Source of the DNA: Acinetobacter phage Ab15
Direction: 5' to 3' (one strand)
DNA length: 64,000 nucleotides
Sequence record: PP763259.1
A model generated the notes under the pieces. It was not told the origin of the DNA. It searched no databases and was given only the letters and a program-made list of their open reading frames with translations. Shown here piece after piece: positions 54,724-63,362 of the stretch; position 1 is the first letter of the stretch; every line of letters starts with the position of its first letter. Made by a program: the position numbers and the translations under genes.

Positions 54724-55005
54724 ATGCAGAAAGTTTCCAGTGATTTAGTTGATAAATTCCCTATTGGATGTAAAGTAATGGTGATTATTGGAGATGGTAG
54801 GTGGAAAACTGGAGATATTGGCAAGGTTATAGGTTATGGTGATACAGATGAGGTTGTTGTACATAATCCAAGTATAGAAGGGCATAGTGCAGCAACTTCC
54901 TGTTTTGATGAGAATGGTTGTAGGATCAAAGATGAAGTAAGGTTAAAATATGCAGGTCATTTATGGTACATCCATATAAGAAGTGTAGAAAGAATTGGAG
55001 GTTAG
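54724..55005 (+). CDS. family B small paralog (FPIGCKV...HNPSIEGHSA...GHLWY)
   Basis: Tandem paralog. Confidence 0.5.
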   Translation: MQKVSSDLVDKFPIGCKVMVIIGDGRWKTGDIGKVIGYGDTDEVVVHNPSIEGHSAATSCFDENGCRIKDEVRLKYAGHLWYIHIRSVERIGG

Positions 55006-55008
55006 GTT

Positions 55009-55470
55009 ATGAGTAAGCAAGTAGAAAACCCTAAGTACAAATCCTTAAAACAACCTACAGGTAATGGTTCATATCGCCCTAAAGGTTATGGCTGGGTGCA
55101 AGTTGATAAGTTAGTAGGTTCTGACAATCAGTATGGTATTGTAGAGAATGGTATCTATAAGGTTGTGGTTTACAATCCTTTAGGTGTAATTATTATTACT
55201 CCAAATGCCCCGTATGGTGACAACACAAGAGAGCTAATTAAGGATCAATATCATTGGGTTTCATTTGATGATGTCTTTAATCCAATACCTGAAGATGAAG
55301 AACTGAAGGTTGGTGATAGGGTAATGCTTAATCAAGACTACAACACCTATAAAAAAGGTTATGTTATGAAAGTAAAAGAAATCAGAAAAGATGGTGACGA
55401 ATTGCTTGTACAACTTTGTAATCCGAGTACATCCTTCTGGGCTTATTCTCATAGAATACGTAAATTCTAA
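55009..55470 (+). CDS. N-terminally extended family A-like protein (KVGDRVML...CNP)
   Basis: 153 aa. The C-terminal half carries the family skeleton. Confidence 0.45.
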   Translation: MSKQVENPKYKSLKQPTGNGSYRPKGYGWVQVDKLVGSDNQYGIVENGIYKVVVYNPLGVIIITPNAPYGDNTRELIKDQYHWVSFDDVFNPIPEDEELKVGDRVMLNQDYNTYKKGYVMKVKEIRKDGDELLVQLCNPSTSFWAYSHRIRKF

Positions 55471-55554
55471 TTCAGTTTCCCTTGAAAACTTGCACAAACA
55501 ATCAAGAAATGGTAATATGCACCTATTAATCAACCAAGCATTGTAGGTGCTAAA

Positions 55555-56019
55555 ATGGCTAAACATTTTAAGTATACTAAACATCTTGAATCACAAAATT
55601 CTCAAACAATGGCATCACCATTTAATAAAGTGACTACTTATGTAGCTCGCTTTTTTCGTGTTGCCTTTAAAAACTTCTCAAGTATGTTTGAGGGTGGAAG
55701 TCCTCAAGATATCGTGCGAGATAGATTTAAAGAGTGGCACGAAGATGTAAACCTTGCAAATAAGAAGGTGACTTATCAAGTTGGTCAGAGAGTTACTATT
55801 AATGATGTTTCTTATTTTGAGAAATACAGAGGTTTTCATGCTGGTGATGTTGCAAAAATTACCAAATTGATTAATGAGGATGGTGTTGAGAAGTTAGCAC
55901 TCTTCAATCCTAAATGGATTACTGCTAAAGATGAACTTGGTTTGGGTTGTGTAATTGTTGATCCTAAGAAATGCATGGTGGAGATTGTTGGTGTAAAATC
56001 TGGGGGTGTAAATGTATAA
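55555..56019 (+). CDS. N-terminally extended family A paralog (QVGQRVTI...AGDVAKI...FNPKW)
   Basis: 154 aa. Confidence 0.45.
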   Translation: MAKHFKYTKHLESQNSQTMASPFNKVTTYVARFFRVAFKNFSSMFEGGSPQDIVRDRFKEWHEDVNLANKKVTYQVGQRVTINDVSYFEKYRGFHAGDVAKITKLINEDGVEKLALFNPKWITAKDELGLGCVIVDPKKCMVEIVGVKSGGVNV

Positions 56020-56260
56020 TGAAGGTCTACCTGTAGATGGTGCTAAAATAGTGGTTAACAACCCTGATGGCATATCCAGAAGCACCTACAACGTAAGAGA
56101 AAACGATGTGGCGAAAGTAGTGGGGAGAATTCATGGTTCTGGTTACAGTATACTAGCATACAATCCTGATTGGAAAAATAAAGAGAGGGATCACGATGCA
56201 TTTACATACAAGGGACCTTGTGTGGTATTGTGTCGCAGTGAGTATGAGGTAATTGAGTAA
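56012..56260 (+). CDS. family A small paralog (DGAKIVV...ENDVAKV...YNPDW)
   Basis: Tandem array member. Confidence 0.5.
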   Translation: MYNEGLPVDGAKIVVNNPDGISRSTYNVRENDVAKVVGRIHGSGYSILAYNPDWKNKERDHDAFTYKGPCVVLCRSEYEVIE

Positions 56261-56583
56261 TGGAAATGTGGGATGGTTATGGTGTGTCAAGCTATGCAAA
56301 AGGTGAAGGTGAAAAGAAGTCTTCGGAAGTTTTTGTAGGTTCAAAGATAGTTATAACAAAACCTGACAGTGTTTCTATTGAAAGGAATGCTCTTAATGGT
56401 GATATTGGGAAGATTGTGTGCATAGAAACTGGTGTTTTTGGAGTAACTAGGTATCTGGCATATAATCCAAAGTGGAAATGTCGTGACGATGGTATGCAGG
56501 AGGATTTTAGATATGATGGATTGTTCATCGTCCTTTCGAGAAGAGAGTTTGAGGTGATTCGATATGAAAACAAAAGTTGGTGA
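56260..56583 (+). CDS. family A small paralog (VGSKIVI...NGDIGKI...YNPKW)
   Basis: Tandem array member. Confidence 0.5.
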   Translation: MEMWDGYGVSSYAKGEGEKKSSEVFVGSKIVITKPDSVSIERNALNGDIGKIVCIETGVFGVTRYLAYNPKWKCRDDGMQEDFRYDGLFIVLSRREFEVIRYENKSW

Positions 56584-56776
56584 TAAAATCAAAATAACCT
56601 CTCTTGATAAGTACAGTTATGCTACAGGAGTAGAAATAGGACATATTGGTAAAGTTGTTGAGGTTTACCCTGCTGGGTGCTTTGCTGAGAATCCGTTGTG
56701 GGGTGAAGGTTCAACAGGATTCTTTAACAATGAATTTGAGGTCTTAAAGGAATCTGAGGGGTTAAACGATGGCTGA
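56564..56776 (+). CDS. family A small paralog (KVGDKIKI...IGHIGKV...ENPLW)
   Basis: Tandem array member. Confidence 0.5.
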   Translation: MKTKVGDKIKITSLDKYSYATGVEIGHIGKVVEVYPAGCFAENPLWGEGSTGFFNNEFEVLKESEGLNDG

Positions 56777-57038
56777 GTGTTATTATTGGGATGTACCATC
56801 ACAAGTTAAAGAGCCTACAATAAAAGTTGGCGATAAGGTTGAGATAGTTGATCCTTGGCAGCTTGACAAACGACTTGGAATTCAGGTTGGGGATGTGGCT
56901 AAAGTGGTTTATGTGGGAAATGATCACTTAAGGTGCAATAATCCAAGATGGAATATATGTGATCATAAGATCGGCAGGGTGATGGGCTTAAATCAAATTA
57001 AGCTGATTGTGAATACTCATAAGGAAGAATATCTATGA
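56769..57038 (+). CDS. family A small paralog (KVGDKVEI...VGDVAKV...NNPRW)
   Basis: Tandem array member. Confidence 0.5.
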   Translation: MAECYYWDVPSQVKEPTIKVGDKVEIVDPWQLDKRLGIQVGDVAKVVYVGNDHLRCNNPRWNICDHKIGRVMGLNQIKLIVNTHKEEYL

Positions 57039-57292
57039 AAGAACCAGAAATTGGCACAAAAGTTGTAATTGTTAATCCTGATGACCGTTCTCGTGCAGAA
57101 GGTATTGTTGAAGGTGATGTTGCGAAGGTTGTTGGGGTGGAGGCTTCCATAAAAAGTTGTGATTTACTACTTCTCTTGCACAATCCTAAGTGGAAAAACA
57201 TGCATGAAGATGTTCTAAGTTGTAACACACCTTGTCATCTTGTATACTTATCTGAATGTGATATTTACGAAGAATGCCTTAAGGGGGATTAG
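57035..57292 (+). CDS. family A small paralog (IGTKVVI...EGDVAKV...HNPKW)
   Basis: Tandem array member. Confidence 0.5.
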   Translation: MKEPEIGTKVVIVNPDDRSRAEGIVEGDVAKVVGVEASIKSCDLLLLLHNPKWKNMHEDVLSCNTPCHLVYLSECDIYEECLKGD

Positions 57293-57294
57293 TT

Positions 57295-57645
57295 ATGAGT
57301 GCTAAGATACCAGAAATACCACCTATACCAAAACCAGAGCCAGAAAAACCTTATGAAAGTTCTCCGATTGTATATAGTCGATTTAATCATCAAAAGTGTC
57401 AGTATGAAGTATTTTCTGTAGGTGAGAGGGTGAGAATATTCCTTTACGGATCTCAATTCCTGAATAATTATGGGATTTACGATGGTCAAGTAGGGAAAAT
57501 TGTAGAGATAAAAAAGGTTGATATGGGGAATGGACGTGTTGTTGCTAAGATTTACATAAAAAACCCACTATGGCACTATAAATTACCCGACAAAGACCCT
57601 ACAATAATGGAGTTTTTGGATCATGAAGTTTCCAAGTTGGAGTAG
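57295..57645 (+). CDS. family A-like small paralog with a Pro-rich N-terminus (VGERVRI...GQVGKIVEI...KNPLW)
   Basis: 116 aa. Confidence 0.45.
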   Translation: MSAKIPEIPPIPKPEPEKPYESSPIVYSRFNHQKCQYEVFSVGERVRIFLYGSQFLNNYGIYDGQVGKIVEIKKVDMGNGRVVAKIYIKNPLWHYKLPDKDPTIMEFLDHEVSKLE

Positions 57646-57745
57646 GGGATAAAGTAGGGAGTAGGGGTAGAGTAGTAATTAAAGTGTTAACTAAAGCGAT
57701 AGTTAAAGCGATAGTTAAAGTAGTAATTAGAAATTGTAAGTTTTA
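57646..57745. repeat. short tandem and direct repeats (AGTAGGG x3; GCGATAGTTAAA x2 flanked by AGTAGTAATTA)
   Basis: Read directly in the intergenic spacer. Confidence 0.5.
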
Positions 57746-57755
57746 GGAGGATTTT

Positions 57756-58076
57756 ATGCCCAATGTAGATTTAGAGAGCTTATTTAGCCTCAATCCTGAT
57801 GATAGACCAGTAGGTTATCAGCCAAAGGATGTTAAAATTATTATAACAGCACCACAACAAGAAAAGGTTATCTTTAAAGGTTGGGACATGAGTAGGCGAG
57901 ATGGTGTCCGTAGAGAGATACCTGTAGGTACTGTGTTTAAAGTCATAGATGTGACCAAGAATGGTAGATTCATTAAAGGAACTAATCCCGATTACACCTT
58001 AAGTGGTATTGTTTTTTATAACACTGAGGTGGAATATGCTATGGTTCCTGTAGAGTTGGTTGAAATTGAGGTTTAA
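57756..58076 (+). CDS. small hypothetical protein (weak family A-like motif VGTVFKV...TNPDY)
   Basis: 106 aa with RBS AGGAGG. Confidence 0.4.
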   Translation: MPNVDLESLFSLNPDDRPVGYQPKDVKIIITAPQQEKVIFKGWDMSRRDGVRREIPVGTVFKVIDVTKNGRFIKGTNPDYTLSGIVFYNTEVEYAMVPVELVEIEV

Positions 58077-58856
58077 AGAATTATTTAAATACTACCTTAA
58101 AACCTACCTTTGAGGATACCTCTAGCATTGCCTACTTGGTGTCTTTGTTGTTTGTGGGTAGTAAACATGAAAATTTAAGTGACTACTTCTAGGGATTCCC
58201 TCAAGGTATATTCTTTGTGCTTAAGTTAAAACTGTACCACATAATGGTTTATTTGTCAATATTTAAAAACCTTGTCAATAGTTCGTTTGTTCATTATTTA
58301 AACTAAAATTAACTAAAGTATTGTATTTTAAGGTAATAAAGTTTGTGTGCTAATATTACAACTATATAACTACCTATATTACTACCTATATGGCATATTT
58401 GTGTATTTCTTAAACAATTAGATAAATATTTAAAATTATTTTGTAAATTGTTTGTAAATCTCACAATAATTTCCTATATGGTTCATAAATATAAGAAAAC
58501 CTTAGTTTTTGTGTGTTTTTAAAATATATTATTTATCAAGTAGTTAATAAACCTTGAAGGCTATGCTTAATTCATCCTTCAATCTTATCCTTCACAATAT
58601 ATTAAAAGGTGAGGGTTATTTTTGAGAGTATCCTTAAGGGAATCCTTCAAGGTAGGTTTCACTTTGTAGATTATATTTGTAAATTATATTTGTAGTTTCT
58701 CTTGTCTTTTCTCTTGTTATTTTTAGCACTCTCTCAAAGGTTGTAATGTTGTTGTAATCCCTTGTAGGCCAATGTTGTGGGGTTTCTTGTAGGATTCCTT
58801 GTAAAAGTAGTAGGGGATTTTTAGAGGGTAGAAGGAGGTTCTGTGGCGAGTTTTTA

Positions 58857-58963
58857 GGGGATAACTCTTAGGGATAGCCTGAAGGTTTCTTTAAGAGATA
58901 ACTTCTAGGTTTCCTCTGGGGATAACCTCTGGGTTTACTTTGGAGATAACCTCTAGGTTTCCT
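58857..58963. repeat. iteron array: four direct repeats of about 21 bp (consensus GAGATAACCTCTAGGTTTCCT) at 24-36 bp spacing
   Basis: GATAAC hexamers begin at 58861, 58897, 58921 and 58945. Confidence 0.6.
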
Positions 58964-59028
58964 GAAAGGTCAAGTAAAGGCTTTTTCGATATTTTTTCAC
59001 ATATACATAGGATGGGCGACTTTAGTCG

Positions 59029-59057
59029 TTGACATTTCAAATGAACTCAGGTAAGAT
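59029..59057 (+). promoter_or_regulatory. sigma70-like promoter TTGACA-N17-TAAGAT
   Basis: TTGACA at 59029-59034 and TAAGAT at 59052-59057, just upstream of the 59085 gene. Confidence 0.5.
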
Positions 59058-59084
59058 TCCCTTAAGATTAAAAAGGAGGAAATT

Positions 59085-59618
59085 ATGTCCTACAAATCAG
59101 AGGTGCGAAACTCTAAAAATTTAACCCTAGAGGGATTACCTCAAACACCATTAACTAACCCATTGGCTTACTCCCCAAAATACTTAGGTAGTGCTACAGA
59201 AGAAATTGACATTATTGTGCTCCTAGATGGTTTAATAACAGACCCTAAAGTTTCCCGTATCAGTGCGGACATTGTGCTAGACACTATGACAATTACCTAC
59301 AAGGCATCCATAGACAATCTATACAAAGAGGTTGTGCTAAAGCACTCACCCAACGGAGCACCAGTAAAGGGACTCAATAGAGTATATTGTCAGATTATCA
59401 GTAAAACGGATGAAAGTCAAGAAGATTTGGAGGATAAACCCGTAAAGTATTACTTTGAGGTATGGCGCACTAATACCGAAGGGGAAATTGTAGAGCAACA
59501 TTGTGCCCAACTTCTGCCACTATTAAACCTGTTATACCCTACAATTCGTGCCTTTAAGGTTAGATTAGGTGGGATTATCCAACAAGTTGACATTGTTGGT
59601 GCTATTCTGTTAGAATAA
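59085..59618 (+). CDS. hypothetical protein
   Basis: 177 aa with RBS AAAGGAGG. Confidence 0.5.
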   Translation: MSYKSEVRNSKNLTLEGLPQTPLTNPLAYSPKYLGSATEEIDIIVLLDGLITDPKVSRISADIVLDTMTITYKASIDNLYKEVVLKHSPNGAPVKGLNRVYCQIISKTDESQEDLEDKPVKYYFEVWRTNTEGEIVEQHCAQLLPLLNLLYPTIRAFKVRLGGIIQQVDIVGAILLE

Positions 59619-59716
59619 ATGCAATTCGACTACAATAATTTGATCTTAAGTCCCCTGAAGGATAACCTAGGGGGATATTCTTAAAGATATTTTAAAAGTG
59701 GTAGATATTTTAAAAA

Positions 59717-60034
59717 TTGTCAGAAAAATCCGAAAAAGTGGGAAAAGTTTGGGAAATTGTTATGGATATGTTTGATTCTTGGTATTCTGTATCAGAGGTG
59801 TATGCGGTAGAGGATAAGCTGAAGGTGGGTTGTATTAGAATGCAAGTATGTGTTGCGGATAGTGCACAGTATGTTTCATACCTCATGTTATGTAAGTTTG
59901 AGGATATTAACCTTAAACATGTCCTAATGATGAAGCTTGCAAGAATAGCCCAGAAAAGAGGAATAAGAGGTAAGTTCATCGTGACAGCAGAGGACTCTTA
60001 TGGTAACACAACAAGCCATGTCATAGATTCATAG
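59717..60034 (+). CDS. hypothetical protein
   Basis: 105 aa. Confidence 0.4.
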   Translation: MSEKSEKVGKVWEIVMDMFDSWYSVSEVYAVEDKLKVGCIRMQVCVADSAQYVSYLMLCKFEDINLKHVLMMKLARIAQKRGIRGKFIVTAEDSYGNTTSHVIDS

Positions 60035-60500
60035 GAATTTTTGAAAAATTTTTTGAAATTTTGAAATTTGAGATTTCTATATTTGGTGCGAAACCAAAAA
60101 AGTGACCCTAAAAATATTCTCCACCCCCTAAAAATCACTCTTCAAAAGTAAGTCTTCTGGAAGCCTTTAAAATCAACCCCTCGGTTCATCGTTATAACAT
60201 TACTATAACAAAAACCTACTAAAAACCCCCTTAAAAATTACCTAAAAGGTGTAGACATCGAACCCTTTTCTGTGGTATCCGTGCACGTTTCTTTATATAG
60301 GAAAGACGAAAGGGTGTATCTCAACCTTTCCATTGGTGAATATCCTTTGGTTCTTTGTTGGTAATGATAAAAGACTGGTTAAAATTCACCTAAATAAATG
60401 ATTTTCTATAACTACTAATAAAAGATTTAATAAAATAAACAATTAAATTATCTTTATTTTCATGTATTTATGATTATTTTTAGTATTATTTTAAAATTTT

Positions 60501-60980
60501 TTGAAGGAAAGTCTTGCAATGAATCTAAAATTTGTTATTATGAACTCATACCAAGCAAACAAGCTAAACAAGCTTAAAGGAAAGACTATGAACAATATGA
60601 TTAACGTACCAGTGGAATTTGTAATTGATGCTTTACAAGCTCGTTATGATGATGTGAAACAACATTGGGGTAATGATGCAAGTGAAGCCCTATGGGAGCA
60701 AGCTCTAGATTTAGTTGAGGAATGCGGATTAGGCAGTGACATTACAAGTCCAAGTGCTTATGTAGACAATTATCTCATTAATGGGGAGTTTATTAGTAAA
60801 GAGGATAATATAGAAGATTGGTTACACAAAACTTCTCATGACGGGTGTTTTGAACAATTGAATTATGAAGGCGATGAATACGACCAATGGCTAGATGATA
60901 ACTTTGATAATTTCTGGCAAGAGTATTGTCAAGATAACGCTCTAATCTATAACGATGAATATGCTTGCTTATCGTTCTAA
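60501..60980 (+). CDS. acidic hypothetical protein
   Basis: 159 aa, follows an AT-rich 500-nt gap. Confidence 0.45.
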   Translation: MKESLAMNLKFVIMNSYQANKLNKLKGKTMNNMINVPVEFVIDALQARYDDVKQHWGNDASEALWEQALDLVEECGLGSDITSPSAYVDNYLINGEFISKEDNIEDWLHKTSHDGCFEQLNYEGDEYDQWLDDNFDNFWQEYCQDNALIYNDEYACLSF

Positions 60981-61017
60981 CACCTAAATAATATTTAATT
61001 TATAGTGAGTATTTAAA

Positions 61018-61215
61018 ATGATTAAATTAAAAGTTGCTTTAATTATAGTTGACTTTAAAAACAAACATTCCTTAAAGTTGAAATTTATCAGTAGAAAAGA
61101 TGCTTTTAATGTTTTACAACAAGATTGGAAGTTACTCAAAAGTGAGGTAGAAAACTTGGAATTAAATTTAAGTTTAATTAAAGATGATTTACACATTTAT
61201 TTAATTGAGTGGTAA
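61018..61215 (+). CDS. small hypothetical protein
   Basis: 65 aa in an AT-rich region. Weak call. Confidence 0.25.
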   Translation: MIKLKVALIIVDFKNKHSLKLKFISRKDAFNVLQQDWKLLKSEVENLELNLSLIKDDLHIYLIEW

Positions 61216-61317
61216 CAGTTAGACAAACGTGCATTGTATTAATAGTGATATGATGCACAATATTAAATGATTCCTTCGGAGTTTTTATTCCATTACATTT
61301 CATAAAGGTAACATAAC

Positions 61318-61461
61318 ATGAAACATTATCAGATCATTCATAATGGCTTGGTTTATTGTGTAGACGTCTATGCATCATCTAAAAGAGAAGCTATTGCACA
61401 ATACAGACAGCAATGGAGTCTTGAAGGAAAACGCATTAACTTGCAATGTTGGGAAGTTTAA
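61318..61461 (+). CDS. small hypothetical protein (47 aa)
   Basis: Open frame MKHYQIIHNGLVYCVDVYASSKREAIAQYRQQWSLEGKRINLQCWEV, below the ORF-track threshold. Confidence 0.25.
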   Translation: MKHYQIIHNGLVYCVDVYASSKREAIAQYRQQWSLEGKRINLQCWEV

Positions 61462-61661
61462 ATATGACATACTCACTAATTAACACGAATAAATGTGATG
61501 TAACTGCAATTGAGGTTATTTATAAAGGAGGTAAACGGCGCATATTCAATCTTAAAAACAAAGTTTATCGTCATGATGCTATAGAATTACAAACTAAGCT
61601 TGAGAATTATGACAACGTGTTCCGTGTAAATTGTCATACAACATTAAACCACTATATATGA
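61446..61661 (+). CDS. small hypothetical protein
   Basis: 71 aa. Confidence 0.35.
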   Translation: MLGSLNMTYSLINTNKCDVTAIEVIYKGGKRRIFNLKNKVYRHDAIELQTKLENYDNVFRVNCHTTLNHYI

Positions 61662-61673
61662 GGATATAACACA

Positions 61674-61880
61674 ATGTTAATCATTAACCGTTACAAGTGT
61701 CCAATATCAGGTAAGACTTCGATATGTGCCCATAAAGTTAATAATATGAAAGTGATTAAGAGCTATAAACCATGCGATGAATCTTTCATCGAAATGCTAT
61801 CGCAAGGACATAAGCAATTTCTATTGTGTGATGTTCCAAATTATAGTATGTTAAGTAAAATCAATATTGTTAAGAGTTAA
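61674..61880 (+). CDS. small hypothetical protein
   Basis: 68 aa. Confidence 0.35.
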   Translation: MLIINRYKCPISGKTSICAHKVNNMKVIKSYKPCDESFIEMLSQGHKQFLLCDVPNYSMLSKINIVKS

Positions 61881-62103
61881 TTGGGAGTATATGAAAATGA
61901 TTAAATCGTTCAGCAAAAATGGTAAATATTATTATTGCAAAACAGATCAAAGTAATTGGTCACAATGGGCATGTCGTCATGAAGATGGATTGGAAACATT
62001 TGCTAAAGTAAGTGTAGCATCTTACAAATTGAAAAGACAAAATGTAATAGATGCGATTGATAATGTTGAAAATCGTTATTCAAGTGATGAGGTGTATAAA
62101 TGA
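61867..62103 (+). CDS. small hypothetical protein
   Basis: 78 aa. Confidence 0.35.
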   Translation: MLRVNWEYMKMIKSFSKNGKYYYCKTDQSNWSQWACRHEDGLETFAKVSVASYKLKRQNVIDAIDNVENRYSSDEVYK

Positions 62104-62396
62104 AAACCGCACATTTAGAAAAAGAGTTTAATGCTCTAATTGATGAACATGAAAAGAAGCTTGAAGCTTTAGCGGAGAAGGTTAGGCAAGAGGTTATAAT
62201 TCCTTATTGCAGAAAGAAAGGCTATGAGTATATATCTGGTATGGGTGACTTCTTTTTTAATGTTGTCAAAACCAATGAGATTATAGACATATGTTGGGAT
62301 AGTACAAATAAGGTTGATAAACTATTGTGCATGGAAATCAATTACAATCATCAATTAGGGGATTATATAAGAACTGTAAGAGAGTGTGATTTATGA
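62100..62396 (+). CDS. small hypothetical protein
   Basis: 98 aa, overlapping stop and start. Confidence 0.4.
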   Translation: MKTAHLEKEFNALIDEHEKKLEALAEKVRQEVIIPYCRKKGYEYISGMGDFFFNVVKTNEIIDICWDSTNKVDKLLCMEINYNHQLGDYIRTVRECDL

Positions 62397-62680
62397 AGAT
62401 TACAAAAGAACATGCATTATTCTATGCAAGCAAGAAAAGTAAGCTTTTCCCATGTGATGTTAGTATTCATACATTGATTAACTCTCAAGTACACATTGAA
62501 AGAAATGTATACGAGAAGTATAACGATTTAGCCATTGTTAATAGTCTTTACCAACGTTGTAAACGTAATGGTTTAAACTTAATAGCTGAATTAAGAGTGC
62601 TATCATGGAATAGTAAAGGTTTAAGGCATCATAGGGCAAGACTTTGTAGAAAGATTATTAAAAAATTATTAAGGGTGTAA
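62393..62680 (+). CDS. small basic hypothetical protein
   Basis: 95 aa. Confidence 0.35.
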   Translation: MKITKEHALFYASKKSKLFPCDVSIHTLINSQVHIERNVYEKYNDLAIVNSLYQRCKRNGLNLIAELRVLSWNSKGLRHHRARLCRKIIKKLLRV

Positions 62681-62796
62681 GTTAAAATACTTACATCTTT
62701 TTTTATTGTCTGAAAATAATTAAAGATGGTATTGCAGTCTTTTATTATTCATGTATAATCAGTCTTAGAAACAACAAACATTGTAGAGATTCCCAA

Positions 62797-63132
62797 ATGG
62801 CTAAATTACTTGTAATTAAAACAACACAAGCAATAATCTATGTTGCAAATGGTAAAGTTACACTAGTTAAAAATGCCTTAAATGGTCGTTTTATGAAAAT
62901 CGCTAAATTTGCCAATATTGTGGACAATTTGATTGTAGCTGCTAAAAAAGCTAATTCTGCTATTAGCCAACACAAGACTTTTTACTATAACATTGAAACA
63001 AAATTAGCTTTGCGTAAATTTAAAAGTCTAGCGAAAATGGCTATTGCATTGTTAGGTGATGTTTTGGTGCATGTAAGCCGTAACTATCGCCATGATGACT
63101 TTGATTTTACATTATTGGCTATGTACTCTTAA
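62797..63132 (+). CDS. hypothetical protein
   Basis: 111 aa. Confidence 0.4.
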   Translation: MAKLLVIKTTQAIIYVANGKVTLVKNALNGRFMKIAKFANIVDNLIVAAKKANSAISQHKTFYYNIETKLALRKFKSLAKMAIALLGDVLVHVSRNYRHDDFDFTLLAMYS

Positions 63133-63171
63133 GAGTATACATTAACAACATTCTATATAAGGATTAACACA

Positions 63172-63357
63172 ATGAGTATTAAACAACATGTAGGAGGTTT
63201 TCTCTTCACGTTCGGTCTAGTAGTAGCTCTAGGGTTATTCTATAGCGCCGTTGCTGAAGGTAATAACCTGAAAGATACACTTTTATCAGTCCTTTTCGGT
63301 TTAGCCCTTGTATGGGCTATTGTAAAGGCATTCAAACAAAATAAACTTAGAGGATAA
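63172..63357 (+). CDS. small membrane protein (two TM)
   Basis: Hydrophobic stretches GGFLFTFGLVVALGLFYSAV and LSVLFGLALVWAIV. Confidence 0.35.
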   Translation: MSIKQHVGGFLFTFGLVVALGLFYSAVAEGNNLKDTLLSVLFGLALVWAIVKAFKQNKLRG

Positions 63358-63362
63358 CCCAC

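Larger units (their letters stand above)
58077..59084. repeat. 1-kb AT-rich non-coding region dense in short direct repeats and iterons
   Basis: No ORF of 60 aa or more. Tandem repeats include ACTACCTATA x2, TTATATTTGTA x2, TTCTCTTGT x2 and CTTGTAGG x3, plus four GATAAC-type iterons at 58857-58963. Confidence 0.6.

Noticed and set aside
58857-58963. Possible CRISPR array
   Set aside because: The repeats are imperfect, of variable spacing (24-36 bp) and have no unique spacers of regular length. They are iteron-like, not CRISPR-like.
60180-60270. tRNA-like features (TCGAACC-like T-loop fragment, 7-nt loop hairpin TTATAACATTACTATAA)
   Set aside because: I could not assemble a cloverleaf with acceptor and anticodon stems. 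No confident tRNA was found in any intergenic region by eye. This needs tRNAscan-SE.
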